From NCBI GenBank assembly GCA_964521045.1, contig CAZFPR010000002.1, forward strand, positions 9,314 through 52,720: a stretch of 43,407 bases of DNA, written 5' to 3'. Position 1 is the stretch's first letter. Each line of letters starts with the position of its first letter. The translations under genes were made by a program, and so were the position numbers. The notes beneath the pieces were generated by a model that worked only from the letters and a program-made list of their open reading frames with translations, did not search any database and was not told the DNA's origin. This document shows, piece by piece, positions 1-10,569 of the stretch. The DNA comes from an uncultured Hyphomicrobiales bacterium. GTDB lineage: Bacteria > Pseudomonadota > Alphaproteobacteria > Rhizobiales > Xanthobacteraceae.

Positions 1-2645
1 TCGTTCACGTTCTGCAACGGATTGCGCGCCGGATACTTCGCGCCTTCGAGCAGCGCATAAAGCTCCTTCTCGCGGAAGCGTCCGCGATCCACGAGCTTGA
101 AGTTGTCGATATAGACGCCTTCCTCGTCGATGTGGGTGGCGAGCGGCGACATCGAGCCGGGCGCTACGCCCCCGACATCCGCGTGATGGCCGCGGGACGC
201 AACCCAGAACAGGATGTTCTTACCCTTCTCGTCGAACACGGGCGTGCAGACCGTGATGTCGGGCAAATGCGTGCCGCCGTTATAGGGTGCGTTCAGCGCG
301 TAGACGTCGCCGGGCCGGATCTTTCCCTTGTTCGCGCGGATCACGGTTTCGACCGAGCGGTCCATCGAGCCGAGATGCACGGGCATATGCGGCGCGTTCG
401 CGACAAGCGAGCCGCTTGCGTCGAACACCGCACAGGAGAAGTCGAGCCGCTCCTTGATGTTAACGGAATAGGCCGTGTTCTGGAGCGTGACGCCCATCTG
501 CTCGGCGATCGACATGAAGAGGTTGTTGAACACTTCGAGCAGCACCGGGTCGGCTTTGGTGCCGATCGCGTGCTTGCGCGCCAACACCGTGATGCGGGTC
601 AGCACGATGTGATCCTTCGCCGTCAGCTTTGCGGCCCAGCCGTCTTCGATCACGATGGTCTGGTTCGGCTCGATCAGGAGCGCCGGTCCCTTGATCGTGT
701 GACCGGGTTTGATCTGATCGCGCGTATAGACGCCTGCCGCGCGCGACTTTCCGCGCGAGAAAAATTCCGTCTTTCTCCGCGGCGCGGGAAGCTTCGCGTT
801 CGAGGTTTTGCCTGCGCGCTCCGAGAACTTTGCACCGCCTCCGATCGCCTCGACCGAAACCGCCTCGACCACGATTTCCTTGTCGCGGTCCATGAAGCCG
901 AAACGGCTTTTGTGCGCGGCTTCGAAATCGCGCTGCATCTTCTTGAGTGCGCCTGCGACGACTTCGAGCGGGGTATCGGTACCGGCATAGCGCAGATGCG
1001 CGCGGACGATCACCTTGATCTGCGAGCTTGCCACGCCCTGTGAAGCCACTTCGCGTTTCACTTCGGCGCCGAGCCTCTTGCCGATCCGATTCACGGAAGC
1101 GAGCGCTTTTGCGCCGAGCTTCTCCTCGAGCGCTTGCGTGCGGGTCGCGCGGATGTCGGCGAGCCCCATGCCATAGGCGGAGAGAAGCCCCGAAAGCGGA
1201 TGAATGACGACACTCTTCATGCCGAGGCTATCCGCGACGAGGCAGGCATGCTGCCCGCCCGCGCCGCCGAAGCAGTTCAGTGCGTAGCGCGTCACGTCAT
1301 AACCGCGCGCGACCGAGATTTTCTTGATCGCGTTCGCCATGTTCTCGACCGCAATGGTGATGAAGCCGTCGGCGATTTCCTCCGGCGACTTGCCGCCGCC
1401 GACTTCCTTCGCAAGCTTCGCAAAAGCGCCGCGCACGGCTTCCGCGTCGATCGGCTGGTCGTTGGTCCTGCCGAAAATCTTCGGGAAGAAGTCGGGGATC
1501 AATTTCCCGACCATGACGTTCGCGTCGGTGACGGCGAGCGGCCCTTCGCGGCGGTAACACTTCGGCCCGGGATCGGCACCCGCCGAATCCGGCCCGACGC
1601 GGAAGCGCGAGCCGTCGAAATGCAAAATCGAGCCGCCGCCGGCTGCGACCGTATGGATCTGCATCATCGGTGCGCGCATGCGCACGCCCGCGACTTCGGT
1701 TTCGAATGCGCGCTCGTATTCGCCGTCGAAATGCGAAACGTCCGTCGAGGTGCCGCCCATGTCGAAGCCGATCAGGCGTCTGAAACCCGCGCTCTCGCCG
1801 GTCTGCGCCATGCCGACCACACCGCCCGCAGGACCGGAGAGGATCGCATCCTTGCCCTGAAACAGGCCGGCGGCGGTAAGCCCGCCCGACGACATCATGA
1901 ACATGAGCCGCGCGCCGGAATTTTTCGCGTCCAGCTCTTTGCTCACGCGCGCGACGTAACGCGCGAGAATCGGCGAAAGATACGCATCGACCACAGTAGT
2001 ATCGCCGCGGCCGACCAGCTTGATGAGCGGCGAGGTCTCGTGGCTGACGGAGACCTGTGCGAAGCCCATTTCGCGCGCAATCTTCGCCGCGCGTTGCTCG
2101 TGCGCGGGATAACGATAAGCGTGCATGAAGACGATTGCGACAGCCTTGATGTCGTCTCGCTGCGCGGCATCTAACGCCGTACGGATTTCCTGCTCATGGG
2201 GTTCCTGTTCGACGGTGCCGTCCGCGAGAATGCGCTCGGAGATTTCCGTGACCCGCTCGTAGAGCATCTCCGGCTTGATGATTTCCTTGGCGAAGATTTT
2301 CGGGCGCGCCTGATAGCCGATCTTGAGCGCGTCGCGGAAACCCTTGGTGATAAGCAGGAGCGTGCGGTCGCCTTTGCGTTCCAGAAGCGCATTGGTCGCG
2401 ACCGTGGTTCCCATCTTTACGGCGCCGATCGCGCCGCGGGGGATGGCCGCGCCTTTTTCGAGCCCGAGACACTCGCGGATGCCTTGCACTGCGGCATCGG
2501 GATAGGCCGGCGATTCAGAGAGCAGTTTCTTCGCGATCAGCTTGCCGCTGGGCGGTTTTGCAACGACGTCCGTGAAGGTGCCGCCGCGATCGATCCAGAA
2601 GTCCCAGGCTTTCGCGCTGCTCTTCTTTGAAGCTTTTTTCGCCAT
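1..2645 (-). CDS. Fused hydantoinase A/B - 5-oxoprolinase family protein (ATP-dependent cyclic-amide hydrolase family); the C-terminal part runs off the window
   Basis: Absent from the ORF track because it has no stop in the window. The reverse frame from ATG 2645-2643 reads [42 protein letters not shown]. [10 protein letters not shown] is the hydantoinase_A/oxoprolinase N-terminal signature. A GGGAGAA Shine-Dalgarno lies about 6 nt upstream. No reverse ORF in this frame is reported, so the frame stays open for about 881 codons to position 1 (last residues [19 protein letters not shown]). That is too long for HyuA alone, so the A and B domains are fused. Confidence 0.85.
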   Translation of the reverse strand, partial: MAKKASKKSSAKAWDFWIDRGGTFTDVVAKPPSGKLIAKKLLSESPAYPDAAVQGIRECLGLEKGAAIPRGAIGAVKMGTTVATNALLERKGDRTLLLITKGFRDALKIGYQARPKIFAKEIIKPEMLYERVTEISERILADGTVEQEPHEQEIRTALDAAQRDDIKAVAIVFMHAYRYPAHEQRAAKIAREMGFAQVSVSHETSPLIKLVGRGDTTVVDAYLSPILARYVARVSKELDAKNSGARLMFMMSSGGLTAAGLFQGKDAILSGPAGGVVGMAQTGESAGFRRLIGFDMGGTSTDVSHFDGEYERAFETEVAGVRMRAPMMQIHTVAAGGGSILHFDGSRFRVGPDSAGADPGPKCYRREGPLAVTDANVMVGKLIPDFFPKIFGRTNDQPIDAEAVRGAFAKLAKEVGGGKSPEEIADGFITIAVENMANAIKKISVARGYDVTRYALNCFGGAGGQHACLVADSLGMKSVVIHPLSGLLSAYGMGLADIRATRTQALEEKLGAKALASVNRIGKRLGAEVKREVASQGVASSQIKVIVRAHLRYAGTDTPLEVVAGALKKMQRDFEAAHKSRFGFMDRDKEIVVEAVSVEAIGGGAKFSERAGKTSNAKLPAPRRKTEFFSRGKSRAAGVYTRDQIKPGHTIKGPALLIEPNQTIVIEDGWAAKLTAKDHIVLTRITVLARKHAIGTKADPVLLEVFNNLFMSIAEQMGVTLQNTAYSVNIKERLDFSCAVFDASGSLVANAPHMPVHLGSMDRSVETVIRANKGKIRPGDVYALNAPYNGGTHLPDITVCTPVFDEKGKNILFWVASRGHHADVGGVAPGSMSPLATHIDEEGVYIDNFKLVDRGRFREKELYALLEGAKYPARNPLQNVN

Positions 2646-2664
2646 CGAAGTTCTCCCGACGCCT

Positions 2665-2715
2665 ACAAATAAATCGCCGACGATTTGTTGACAAATTATT
2701 TGTGAGCGATACGCT
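2665..2715 (+). promoter_or_regulatory. Putative divergent promoter/operator: ACAAAT/ATTTGT half-sites overlapping TTGACA-N16-TACGCT
   Basis: AT-rich patch in a GC-rich intergenic region. Half-sites are ACAAAT 2665-2670 and ATTTGT 2683-2688, and ACAAATTATTTGT at 2691-2703 is a perfect 13-bp palindrome. TTGACA at 2688-2693 is followed after 16 nt by TACGCT at 2710-2715. Confidence 0.4.
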
Positions 2716-2752
2716 TCCCACCGGTCGGCATTTTCTCGCGTGGGGAGGCGGA

Positions 2753-3307
2753 ATGCCAAAGACGGCGCGGCTTTCGGCAGTGCAAAGCGGCAGGGCGGAT
2801 ACGGGGCTCGGGCCGATCGTTTCGTCGGCGCATCTTGCGGCTGGCGCGATGCCTTCGCTTTCTGAACTCGAATTCGGTCTTATTCTCCTCGGTCACGCCT
2901 TCGAGCGCTGGATGGTGCGCTGCGTGGCGGCTGCTGGCCTTCCCGATGTGAACCCGATGGAAGTGCTGGTGCTGCATGCCGTTGCGCATCGCAATCGCCC
3001 GAAGCGTCTTGCCGACATCTGCCTCGTGCTGTCGATCGAAGACACGGATCTCGTGACCTATGCCGCGAAAAAGCTCGAAGGCGCGGGTCTGCTGACGTCG
3101 GGCCGCAAAGGGAGCGAAAAAACGGTTTCGCTGTCTGCGAAGGGCGAAGCGGTTGTGAAGAAATACGGAAAAATCCGCGAAGCGTTGCTCGTGGCACCGG
3201 TGAAAGCCACCGGCGCCGACGAGAAGCGCCTATCCGAAATTGCCGGACTGATGCGTGCGCTGTCCGGCCATTACGACCAGGCCGCACGCGCCGCAGCAAG
3301 TCTGTAG
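2753..3307 (+). CDS. MarR-like winged-helix transcriptional regulator
   Basis: In-frame ATG at 2753 is preceded by GGGGAGGCGGA; the track start at 2627 overlaps the oxoprolinase start region. The central segment [49 protein letters not shown] looks like a MarR/HTH_27 winged helix. The gene is divergent from the oxoprolinase gene. Confidence 0.6.
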   Translation: MPKTARLSAVQSGRADTGLGPIVSSAHLAAGAMPSLSELEFGLILLGHAFERWMVRCVAAAGLPDVNPMEVLVLHAVAHRNRPKRLADICLVLSIEDTDLVTYAAKKLEGAGLLTSGRKGSEKTVSLSAKGEAVVKKYGKIREALLVAPVKATGADEKRLSEIAGLMRALSGHYDQAARAAASL

Positions 3308-3399
3308 CCGGCGGTGCTTCTAACGCTCCGCTCCGGCTGCTAGCCTAACGTCAAGGAAATTGGGGACGGCGTCCGCCGAACCCCGAAGGGAGAGTGATA

Positions 3400-4374
3400 A
3401 TGAAACAGGTTACCGCGTTACTCGCGGGTGTTGCGATCTCGGCGCTTGCCGCGACCGCAGCCAACGCGCAGACGAAGTGGGACATGCCGACGCCTTACGG
3501 CGACGGCAACTTCCATACGAAGAACGTCGTGCAGTTCACTCAGGATGTCGCCAAAGCCACCGGCGGCAAGCTCACGATCACCGTTCATTCGAACGGCTCG
3601 CTCATCAAGCACCCGGAAATCAAGTCGTCCATCCGCCGCGGCGTCGCGCCGATCGGCGAGGTGCTGATTTCGAACCATCAGAACGAAAGCCCGATCTACG
3701 GCGTCGACTCGGTGCCGTTCCTTGCGACCAGCTATGCCGACGCACGTAAGCTCTACGCCGCGCAGAAGCCGCTGCTCGAGAAGAAGCTTGCCGAGGAAGG
3801 CCTTGTACTTCTCTACTCCGTGCCGTGGCCGCCGCAGGGCATCTACGCAAAGAAAGAGATCAAGTCGATCGACGATCTCAAGGGCCTGAAGTTCCGCACG
3901 TACAACGTTGCGACTCAGCGCATTGCGCAACTTGCTGGCGCAGTTCCGACCCAGATCGAGGTGCCGGACATACCGACCGCCTTCGCAACGAACCGTGTTG
4001 AATCGATGATCACTTCGCCTTCGACCGGAGCGGACACCAAGGCGTGGGATTACCTCTCGCACTTCCATCACACGCAGGCCTGGCTCCCGCGCAACGTGGT
4101 GTTCGTGCAGAAGGCCGCGTTCGACGCACTGCCGGAAGACGTCCGCAAGGCCGTGCTCGCCGCAGCGAAGGAAGCCGAGGATCGCGGCTGGAAGGCCTCC
4201 GAAGCCGAGACCGATGCCAAGATCAAGGTCCTGTCCGACAACAAGGTCACGATCGTACAGCCCTCCGATGCGCTGAAGAAAGGCTTTGCCGAAATCGGCA
4301 AGACCATGACCGCGGAATGGGAGAAGACCGCCGGCGCTGACGGCAAGACCATTCTGGATGCGTTCCGGAAGTAA
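3400..4374 (+). CDS. TRAP transporter substrate-binding protein (DctP family)
   Basis: Signal peptide MKQVTALLAGVAISALAATAANA|QT. The full length resembles DctP-type SBPs (WDMPTPY..., GLKFRT, ...VESMITSPSTG). ATG 3400 follows GAAGGGAGAG; the track start 3394 is GTG. Confidence 0.88.
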   Translation: MKQVTALLAGVAISALAATAANAQTKWDMPTPYGDGNFHTKNVVQFTQDVAKATGGKLTITVHSNGSLIKHPEIKSSIRRGVAPIGEVLISNHQNESPIYGVDSVPFLATSYADARKLYAAQKPLLEKKLAEEGLVLLYSVPWPPQGIYAKKEIKSIDDLKGLKFRTYNVATQRIAQLAGAVPTQIEVPDIPTAFATNRVESMITSPSTGADTKAWDYLSHFHHTQAWLPRNVVFVQKAAFDALPEDVRKAVLAAAKEAEDRGWKASEAETDAKIKVLSDNKVTIVQPSDALKKGFAEIGKTMTAEWEKTAGADGKTILDAFRK

Positions 4375-4384
4375 ACAAGGAATA

Positions 4385-4414
4385 ACGGCCCGCTCAAAAA
4401 AGAGCGGGCCGTTT
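4385..4414 (+). terminator. Intercistronic hairpin between the TRAP SBP and permease genes (possible attenuator)
   Basis: ACGGCCCGCTC-AAAAAA-GAGCGGGCCGT forms an 11-bp stem followed by TTTCAC. It lies between the dctP-like stop (4374) and the dctQ-like start (4426). Confidence 0.5.
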
Positions 4415-4425
4415 CACATCGCCCC

Positions 4426-4980
4426 ATGCGCAAACTGCTGAACGGCCTTTACTCTCTCACGCTCGCGCTGTCCGCGGCGTGCCTTGTGGCGATTCTCGTG
4501 CTGGTCGGCGCGCAGATTTGCGGCCAGATCTTCGACTCCATCCTGAAATTGTCCGGTTATCCGCCCTACGGGTTTCTCGTCCCGTCGCTGGCCGAAATCG
4601 GCGGCTATCTTTTCGGTGTCGCAAGCTTTCTTGCGCTTGGCGCAACGCTGAAGCGCGGCGCGCATATCCGCGTGACGATGCTGCTCGGGGCCATGAGGCC
4701 CCGCATCCGGCGAGGATTTGAGTTGTGGGCGCTGATCGCCGGCTTGGCCGTGGCCGTCTATGCAAGCTGGTCGCTTGCGACGCTTACCTATTTCTCGTGG
4801 AAGTTCGGCGACGTATCGTCCGGCCTGATTCCGATCAAATACTGGATTCCGCAAAGCGCGATGACGTTCGGGCTCGTCACGCTCTGCATCGCTTTGCTCG
4901 ACGAGTTTTTCGAAACGCTGCGCAAGGGCTCGCCTTCTTTCGTCAAGGCGGAGAGCGCGATCACGCAGGGGCAGGAGTAG
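4426..4980 (+). CDS. TRAP transporter small permease (DctQ family)
   Basis: 184-aa protein with four hydrophobic segments, positioned between the SBP and large-permease genes. The start is ATG. Confidence 0.85.
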   Translation: MRKLLNGLYSLTLALSAACLVAILVLVGAQICGQIFDSILKLSGYPPYGFLVPSLAEIGGYLFGVASFLALGATLKRGAHIRVTMLLGAMRPRIRRGFELWALIAGLAVAVYASWSLATLTYFSWKFGDVSSGLIPIKYWIPQSAMTFGLVTLCIALLDEFFETLRKGSPSFVKAESAITQGQE

Positions 4981-4983
4981 GCG

Positions 4984-6291
4984 ATGGGTTTCGTCGAGTG
5001 GACGGTTTTTCTCGTCCTGCTGCTCTTTATCATCCTCGGATCCGGCGTCTGGATCGCGCTCGCGCTCGGTGCGATCGGCTTCGTCGCGATGAAGATTCTC
5101 TCTGCGGCGCCGGCCGGCGCTTCGCTGTCGACATCGCTGTGGCAATCGCTGAACGGGTGGGACCTGATCGCGTTGCCGATGTTCATCTGGATGGGCGAGA
5201 TTCTATTCCGCACCAAGCTCGCAGAGGATTTATTTGAAGGACTTGCGCCGTGGATGCAGCGGCTGCCCGGGCGGCTTCTTCATGTAAATGTCGCCGCTTG
5301 TGCCGTATTCGCGGCGGTCTCTGGCTCGTCGGCAGCAACCTGCGCAACCATCGGCCGCATTTCGCTGCCTGAATTGAAGAAACGCGGCTACGACGACCGC
5401 ATGGCGATCGGCACGCTTGCGGGTTCCGGTACGCTCGGCCTTCTTATTCCGCCATCGATCATCATGATCGTTTATGGAGCGGCGACGGATCAATCGATCG
5501 CGCGCCTCTTCATCGCGGGCATCATTCCGGGGATCATGCTTGCGCTGCTGTTCATGGGCTTTATTGCGGCATGGGCGATCGCAAACAAACACAAAATGCC
5601 TGCGGCGGAAGCATCGGTTTCCTGGCGGGAGCGTTTCAGCTCGCTGCGCCGCCTGATTCCGATCACGCTCCTCATCCTCGGCGTGATCGGGTCGATCTAT
5701 GGCGGGCTCGCTTCCGCGACCGAAGCCGCCGTGGTCGGCGTCGCGCTTTCGCTGCTTCTGTCCTGGTGGACCAGCCAGCTCTCGCGGCAGACTTTCTTCG
5801 ATGCGCTGACCGCGGGCGCGATAACGTCCTGCATGATCGCGGCGATCCTCGCAGGGGCCGCGTTTCTCACGACGGCGATGGGCTTCACCGGCATTCCGCG
5901 TGCGCTCGCCGAATGGATCACGACGCTCGGCCTCTCGCAGTGGCAGCTTCTTTTCGCGCTCACGATCTTTTTCATCATTCTCGGCTGTTTCCTCGACGGG
6001 ATCTCGATGGTGGTGCTCACCACTTCCGTCATTATGCCGCTCGTCACCGCCGCGGGGTTCGATCTGATCTGGTTCGGCATCTACATCGTGCTGGTCGTGG
6101 AAATGGCGCAGATCACGCCGCCGGTCGGCTTCAACCTCTTCGTGTTGCAGGGCATGACCGGCCGCTCGATCTTCGCGATCGGCGGCTATGCGTTTCCGCT
6201 TTTTCTGCTGATGTGCGTTGCAGTCGTGCTGCTCGCCGTCTTCCCGCAACTTGCGCTATGGTTGCCGTCGACGATGCTCGACGTGAAATAG
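4984..6291 (+). CDS. TRAP transporter large permease (DctM family)
   Basis: 435-aa polytopic protein. GGAG lies 8 nt upstream, and the start is 3 nt after the dctQ-like stop. DctM-like segments are present (GSGTLGLLIPPSIIMIVYG, ITPPVGFNLFV). Confidence 0.9.
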   Translation: MGFVEWTVFLVLLLFIILGSGVWIALALGAIGFVAMKILSAAPAGASLSTSLWQSLNGWDLIALPMFIWMGEILFRTKLAEDLFEGLAPWMQRLPGRLLHVNVAACAVFAAVSGSSAATCATIGRISLPELKKRGYDDRMAIGTLAGSGTLGLLIPPSIIMIVYGAATDQSIARLFIAGIIPGIMLALLFMGFIAAWAIANKHKMPAAEASVSWRERFSSLRRLIPITLLILGVIGSIYGGLASATEAAVVGVALSLLLSWWTSQLSRQTFFDALTAGAITSCMIAAILAGAAFLTTAMGFTGIPRALAEWITTLGLSQWQLLFALTIFFIILGCFLDGISMVVLTTSVIMPLVTAAGFDLIWFGIYIVLVVEMAQITPPVGFNLFVLQGMTGRSIFAIGGYAFPLFLLMCVAVVLLAVFPQLALWLPSTMLDVK

Positions 6292-6303
6292 GGAAACTGC
6301 CCG

Positions 6304-7290
6304 ATGCAATACGTCCGTTTCGGCGCGACCGGAATGAAGGTCTCGCGCCTGTGCTTTGGCTGCATGACCTACGGCTCGAAGAGCTGGCGCGAATGGGTGC
6401 TGACCGAAGAAGAATCCAAGCCGTTTTATAAAGCGGCGTTCGACGCCGGCATCAACTTCTACGACACCGCGGACGTCTATTCGCAGGGCGTGAGCGAAGA
6501 AATTCTCGGCCGTGCCGTGAAAGAGCACGCGAGCCGCCGCGAGGAAGTCGTGATCGCGACCAAGGTCTTCAATCCGATTGGCAAAGCGCCGAACCTGAAA
6601 GGGCTCTCGCGCAAGCACATCATGGAGGGCATCGACGCATCGCTCAAGCGTCTCAAGATGGATTACGTCGACCTCTACATCATCCATCGCTTCGACTATG
6701 AGACCGAAATGGAAGAGACGCTGGAAGCGCTCTCCGACGTCGTGAAGGCCGGCAAGGCGCTCTATCTCGGTGCGTCCTCGATGTGGTCGTGGCAATTCGC
6801 GAAGATGCTGACTATGCAGAAGGAGCGCGGCCTCGCGCGCTTCGTCTCCATGCAGAACTATTACAACCTCATCTATCGCGAGGAGGAGCGCGAAATGCTC
6901 CCGCTCTGCAAGGAAGAGAGGATTGCGGTGACGCCGTGGTCGCCGGTCGCGCGCGGATTTCTTGCGGGTTCCATGCCGTCTCAAGGCGAGAAAACCCTGC
7001 GCGGACAAACCGACGACTTCGCGAAGACGCTCGGCATCGGCGCGACCGATACCGACCACGAGATCGCCGAGCGCGTACGCGTCACGGCCGAAAAGCTCGG
7101 CGTATCGCGCGCAGCCGTTGCGATTGCATGGACGCTCGCAAATCCGCTCGTCACTTCGCCGATCGTCGGCGCTTCCAAGCCGCATCATCTTCCGGATGCG
7201 CTAAAGGCGCTTGAAATCAAACTCGACGACGCGACGAAGAAGTATCTCGAAGAACCGTATCGGACGCGCAGGCCCGCGGGGCATGTTTAG
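6304..7290 (+). CDS. Aldo/keto reductase (NADP-dependent oxidoreductase)
   Basis: MQYVRFGATGMKVSRLCFGCMTYG..., INFYDTADVYS, DYVDLYIIHRFD and PIVGASKPHHL are typical AKR blocks. Confidence 0.9.
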   Translation: MQYVRFGATGMKVSRLCFGCMTYGSKSWREWVLTEEESKPFYKAAFDAGINFYDTADVYSQGVSEEILGRAVKEHASRREEVVIATKVFNPIGKAPNLKGLSRKHIMEGIDASLKRLKMDYVDLYIIHRFDYETEMEETLEALSDVVKAGKALYLGASSMWSWQFAKMLTMQKERGLARFVSMQNYYNLIYREEEREMLPLCKEERIAVTPWSPVARGFLAGSMPSQGEKTLRGQTDDFAKTLGIGATDTDHEIAERVRVTAEKLGVSRAAVAIAWTLANPLVTSPIVGASKPHHLPDALKALEIKLDDATKKYLEEPYRTRRPAGHV

Positions 7291-7306
7291 TTTTCCGTTC
7301 AATCCA

Positions 7307-7402
7307 CCTCATCCTGAGGAGCGCCGAAGGCGCGTCTCGAAGGATGAGGTGGCCTCATGGTTCGAGACGCGCTCGCTTCCGCTCGCGCTCCTCACCATGA
7401 GG
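7307..7402. repeat. REP/BIME-like double hairpin, copy 1 (CC-flavour unit 7307-7349 plus GG-flavour unit 7353-7402)
   Basis: CCTCATCCTGAGGAG...GTCTCGAAGGATGAGG is followed by CCTCATGGTTCGAGAC...CTCCTCACCATGAGG. Each unit has a perfect 9-bp outer stem. A short fragment of the second repeat family (CCCGCCTTCGCGGGGACGACG) follows at about 7409-7429. Confidence 0.9.
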
Positions 7403-7434
7403 GTTGATGCCCGCCTTCGCGGGGACGACGAATT

Positions 7435-8211
7435 ATGTTTTCAATGATCCCCACCGACCCTCTTTTTTATCTCGTCGGGCTCACGGCGATCTTCATCGTG
7501 TCTGTCGGCAAGGGCGCGTTCGGTGGCGGGCTCGCGATTTTAGGCGTGCCGCTCTTGTCGCTCGTGATGTCGCCGATCGAAGCCGCAATCGTTGTGGCGC
7601 CGCTCGTGAGCTTCATGGATTTCTTTGCCTTCGGCAGCTTCGGCCGCAATACCTGGTCGAAGCCGGATCTCGCGTGGCTCGCGCCGGCGCTGCTCGCCGG
7701 TATCGCACTCGGCTACGTGTTCTTCGTTTATGTCGATCCGAGACTTGTCGCGGCGGGCATCGGCGTCATCACGGTCATCTTCGCGCTCGACTGGTTCCTG
7801 CGCGGCAGAAAATCCGAACACAAGGAACGTCCGGTCTCGCCGCCGCTCGCGCTCATCGCCGGAAGTGCGGCGGGCTTCACCACGTTTGTCGCGCACGCGG
7901 GCGGCCCGCCGATGACGGCCTATCTTTTGTATCGCGGGCTGAATAAAACGGTTTACGCGGGCACTGCTGTCGCGCTCTTCAGTCTCGGCAACATCGTGAA
8001 GCTCGTGCCGTATTCGGCGCTGCTGTTCGCGAAGCCCCACACGTTCGTGCAGGCGCTAGTGCTTGCGCCGGTCGTGCCGCTCGGCGTCTGGCTCGGGAAA
8101 TACATTCACGACCGGCTCGATCAGGCGCGGCTCTTTTTCTGGTGCTACGTGATCCTCTTGGTCGCGGCGGCGAAACTTCTCTACGACGCGATCCGCGCCT
8201 TCGCGCTCTAA
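7435..8211 (+). CDS. TauE/SafE family (DUF81) anion exporter membrane protein
   Basis: 258-aa polytopic protein with GKGAFGGGLAILGVPLL and a second half-repeat GSAAGFTTFVAHAGGPP, typical of TauE/SafE. Confidence 0.8.
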   Translation: MFSMIPTDPLFYLVGLTAIFIVSVGKGAFGGGLAILGVPLLSLVMSPIEAAIVVAPLVSFMDFFAFGSFGRNTWSKPDLAWLAPALLAGIALGYVFFVYVDPRLVAAGIGVITVIFALDWFLRGRKSEHKERPVSPPLALIAGSAAGFTTFVAHAGGPPMTAYLLYRGLNKTVYAGTAVALFSLGNIVKLVPYSALLFAKPHTFVQALVLAPVVPLGVWLGKYIHDRLDQARLFFWCYVILLVAAAKLLYDAIRAFAL

Positions 8212-8245
8212 ACGTCTGTAAAATAAGGCGTTTTCAGACCAATCC

Positions 8246-8274
8246 TTGACTCTGGCTTGCCGCGCAGGGTATTC
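8246..8274 (+). promoter_or_regulatory. Putative groESL promoter (TTGACT-N17-GTATTC; CTTGAC also fits an alphaproteobacterial sigma32 -35)
   Basis: The motif sits about 10 nt upstream of the CIRCE element, which is the usual arrangement. The -10 hexamer is weak. Confidence 0.35.
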
Positions 8275-8283
8275 CCTCCGCCG

Positions 8284-8310
8284 CTGGCACTCGAAATATG
8301 CGAGTGCCAC
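8284..8310 (+). promoter_or_regulatory. CIRCE operator (HrcA binding site)
   Basis: CTGGCACTC-N9-GAGTGCCAC is an 8-bp perfect inverted repeat with a 9-nt spacer. It matches the consensus TTAGCACTC-N9-GAGTGCTAA and lies 47 nt upstream of groES. Confidence 0.85.
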
Positions 8311-8356
8311 AACCTTTTCTCCGCGCCGTTTTGCGCGAAATTTCGAGGAAGCTCCC

Positions 8357-8650
8357 ATGAAAAAATTCCGTCCCCTGCACGACCGCGTCGTCGTGAAGCG
8401 CATCGAAGCCGATCAGAAGACGAAGAGCGGCATCATCATTCCGGACTCGGCGCAGGAAAAGCCGTCCGAAGGCGAAGTGGTCGCTGTCGGTTCGGGCGGC
8501 CGCGACGAGTCCGGCAAGCTCATTCCGATCGACGTCAAGGTCGGCGACCGCATCCTGTTCGGAAAGTGGTCGGGCACCGAAGTGAAGATCGATGGCCAGG
8601 AACTCCTCATCATGAAGGAGTCGGACATCATGGGCATCATCGGCAAGTAA
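8357..8650 (+). CDS. groES: Co-chaperonin GroES
   Basis: [47 protein letters not shown]... The track start 8246 is an upstream extension that runs through CIRCE. Confidence 0.97.
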   Translation: MKKFRPLHDRVVVKRIEADQKTKSGIIIPDSAQEKPSEGEVVAVGSGGRDESGKLIPIDVKVGDRILFGKWSGTEVKIDGQELLIMKESDIMGIIGK

Positions 8651-8671
8651 GCCGGCCGCCACACATACAAA

Positions 8672-10419
<1,748 letters not shown>

Positions 10420-10447
10420 TCCAACCGATCCGGCTGCGGCGGGACGA

Positions 10448-10484
10448 AAAAGGCGCGGGAGCAATCCCGCGCCTTTCATTTTTG
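10448..10484 (+). terminator. Rho-independent terminator of groESL
   Basis: AAAAAGGCGCGGGA-GCAA-TCCCGCGCCTTT followed by CATTTTT. Confidence 0.8.
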
Positions 10485-10569
10485 CGCGGGCCGCAACCGT
10501 TCAAGCGCCGTTCATGCAGCGAGGATAGCGTGACCTCATCAAGCGCGAAGGCAGAGGGAGAATTCGCTG

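Noticed and set aside
132-2630. Plus-strand ORFs 132-1043, 1134-2174 and 2196-2630
   Set aside because: They lie antisense to the open 881-codon minus-strand frame, which carries the [10 protein letters not shown] oxoprolinase signature. Their translations are low-complexity R/A/G/D-rich.
5230-6249. 339-aa minus-strand ORF, and 286-aa plus-strand ORF (5571-6431), overlapping dctM
   Set aside because: The real gene is the hydrophobic DctM frame. These alternatives are highly charged, Arg/Asp/Glu/His-rich shadow frames.
7211-7447. Small ORFs translating REP units (7211-7447, 20350-20556, 21899-22174, 21982-22269; recurring peptides such as PHPEE.RRRVSKDE..SWFETR and LLTMR)
   Set aside because: The similarity between them is nucleotide-level repeat identity in palindromic elements read in arbitrary frames and orientations. 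They have no Shine-Dalgarno sites and are not protein genes.
10420-10569. Possible small RNA or leader between groEL and paralogue 1
   Set aside because: Only the terminator hairpin and a Shine-Dalgarno are discernible. I could not support any further conserved structure from the sequence alone.
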